Positions 61,737 through 64,000 of a stretch of 64,000 nt of DNA are shown in pieces; within the stretch, counting starts at the first letter, position 1, and the number at the start of each line of letters is the position of its first letter. Origin of the DNA: the human T2T-CHM13v2.0 reference genome, Homo sapiens. The position numbers were made by a program, and so were the translations under genes. The stretch lies in assembly GCF_009914755.1 (NCBI RefSeq), contig NC_060926.1, one strand, 5' to 3'. A model generated the notes under the pieces. The model worked only from the letters and a program-made list of their open reading frames with translations. It was not told where the DNA came from and did not search any database.

Positions 61737-61870
61737 TTTATTTATTTTTTTTAAGAGATGGGGTCTCACTATGTTGCCCAAGCTGGACTCGAACGCTTGG
61801 GCTCAAGCAGTCCTCCAGCCTCAGCCTCCCAAATAGTTTGGATTACAGGTACCCGCCAGTGCACCTGATT
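61737..61870 (-). mobile_element. FLAM/Alu monomer
   Basis: agagatggggtctcactatgttgcccaagctgg...gggctcaagcagtcctcc. Confidence 0.85.
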
Positions 61871-62809
61871 TTAAAATCGCTACCTCTCTTCCTTCCCTCT
61901 GCCACCAGATTTCTAGAAGGAGCAGGGCACTCTTGCCTCTGCTTCTGCTATTTATTGACTCTGACTTTCAACCCACAATTCCACACACGGAAGCTCCTTT
62001 TCTTCATGGCCTCCTAATTGCAAATTCACATTTTCATTCCAATTTCTTCCTGTGACTTCTCTGCTGTGCATGGTGTTGACCACTTTCTCAGAAACTTTGG
62101 GTCTTCCCAGCTTCATCTGGCCTCAGGTCCTGGCTCCTCCCTATATCCGCTCACATCTGGCCTCTCCCCATCAGTCCCTCAGCTCCATCCTCCCTCCACT
62201 AGCTGCCAATCATGTGTCCCTGGGTTTCTGTTCCCCACACAGGTGCCTCAGGCAATGGGACTTGCAGACCCACACTCTGCCCCAGCCTCTTGACATGCCC
62301 ATCAGAGTCCTCATCTGCCATTTGAGAGACAGGAACCCTGGCTCAGATCACAGTATCTCCATGTACCCAGACAGCGGGATCCTAGCAAGAGGGGCTGTCT
62401 GCTCAAGGTCATGAGAAAGTGGCAAGCAAAAGAGAAGGGTCGCCTTCCTCGGGATGGGCCAGCCTGAAGGAGTCAGAAGAGCGGGGAGGTATGAGGAACT
62501 CTATCTTGGGGCTGAACAGAAGCCCACAGTGCAGCCAGGAAGTGTGACATGAACAGTTCAGGCTGTGCACAAAGACGGGGAGAATGCTGGAGGTTTCTTA
62601 TGGCAATGAGAGTTTCACACACCTGCCTTATTGCTTAGCCTTTGTGTTTCCCCTCAGGGATTAGCAATGCAATTCGAAAATAAAACTCACTGTGTGGCTG
62701 TTGGAGGGGGTAGCACACAGGCTGCCTCACAGCCAGCACAGGCAAGAAAGTCCCCCCAGGACTCAACAGCAATGGATTTGCAGCGGTGGGTGGCGTTTCC
62801 TGTGCCTTT

Positions 62810-63005
62810 ACCCTGGGCTGGCCCCTGTGAAGTGCTTTCTGAGGACTGTCTCAGTCAGTCTTTCCAGCAACCTCAGGAGGCATCATTACCCTCCCCATTT
62901 TACCATGAAGGAAACCGAGGCTCAGAGAAGCAAGGAAGTTCCCTAAGGTCACACAGCCGGCCCAGAGGATCAGAACACAAGCCCAGGGGACGCAGCCCCA
63001 GGAGC
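62810..63005 (-). mobile_element. MIR
   Basis: ccccattttaccatgaaggaaaccgaggctcagagaag...ccctaaggtcacacagc. Confidence 0.8.
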
Positions 63006-63329
63006 TAATGAGAAAAGTGCCTGTGATTCGGCTTCAGGTCATACTGAGCACTTCTGTAGGCCATGCAAACACATTCTTTTTTTCTTTTTTTCCTAATGCA
63101 GGTTAGGGCTTAACTGGAACTTAACTGGAAACTTCTGTGCACATCTGCAGACACAGAAAAATGAAAACTTTAGCAACCAGCTGCATGTCCCAGAGAACAA
63201 TTTTCCAAGGATAAAAGACACTCAGTGACTTCACAAGCACGGCACTGTGATGTCCCCTCCCTCCCCCTTTCATGAAATTCAGATGTCATTAGAGTAGGCT
63301 CCTAACCGTCCTTACCACATCAGCCCTAG

Positions 63330-63920
63330 GATGCCTCACTGAGGGCATGCGCTCAGTCATCAAGAGCACGCGGTGGTTTGTGTGCAGAGGGAACTACCCA
63401 AGGGAACAAAAAATAAGAAAAGACCTCAAAGTGGCCCCTGCCCCTGCCCACAGACAGGGAACCGGGTCTTTGTTTTGCTTCCTACGGGGAAGCATGCCCT
63501 GGGCAGTGGGTCTGGGGTGTGAAGACAGCCACCTCCCCACTCCAGCGTCTGCGGCTGCAGGTAGGGGAGGAGGCTGGGAGGAGGCCCTTCCGCACTTCCA
63601 AGCTGATCAGCGCAGCGTGAGCGCCGGCGTGCGAGTGGGTGCCGCGTCCAGACGGTTTCCATTTCCCCGGATAACCACGGAAAACATGAATCAGGAGGGC
63701 CCCGCGCTGGCCCAGCTGCAGTGTGGGGGCACACGCCGGTGAGTCACAGGCTGTGCTGCCAGCGCTGTTTTTCACATTTCTGTCCAGGGAACAGTTTCTC
63801 ACTGGACGTTCAGTTTTTTCAGTCCTCTCTTCCCCCAGGACGTTGCTCAGACTGTGTCCAAGGGCTCCCTGTGCCCGCAGTGAGATGACAGCTTTCCTGC
63901 TGCCGGTAACACTGAGGAAG
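63330..63920. promoter_or_regulatory. CpG-enriched candidate enhancer / orphan CpG patch
   Basis: Local CpG cluster (cgcagcgtgagcgccggcgtgcgagtgggtgccgcg); AP-1 TGAGTCA 63740-63746; NRF1-like palindrome 63338-63357. Confidence 0.5.
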
Positions 63921-64000
63921 GCTGATTGAGCACAGCTTAGGGGACAAGGTCCCTGCAAATCAGGGACACGGAGTAACTCCTGGTCCTCAGCACAGCCCCT

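Overview
Human (or great-ape) genomic DNA. Bases 1187-4841 hold the last four coding exons of COPS8 (COP9 signalosome subunit 8, + strand). Their spliced translation matches the known C-terminus (...[13 protein letters not shown]...LTDYVAFLEN*). A 3'UTR with several candidate poly(A) signals and miR-146/miR-200 seed matches follows. The remaining ~56 kb is intergenic (2q37.3, towards COL6A3 by recalled gene order). About 6-24 kb is a dense pile of nested L1, Alu, MaLR/ERVL and MER elements. About 24-64 kb mixes unique, enhancer-like sequence with MIR, L2, MLT, MST and MER41 copies. Notable structures: a ~3.2 kb modular GT-rich tandem array (35.6-38.8 kb) packed with TGCATG and GTGAGT words; an oppositely oriented CACATG array (46.3-46.7 kb); a strong CTCF motif between them; a 3x36-bp minisatellite; a 5'-intact, 3'-truncated L1 with TSD-like flanks; and a three-level MLT1>MER41>L1PA nest. 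No other protein-coding gene is supported, and I found no convincing novel system. The big array is the best candidate for follow-up. Repeat family and subfamily calls come from recalled consensus sequences, not an alignment, and their boundaries are approximate.
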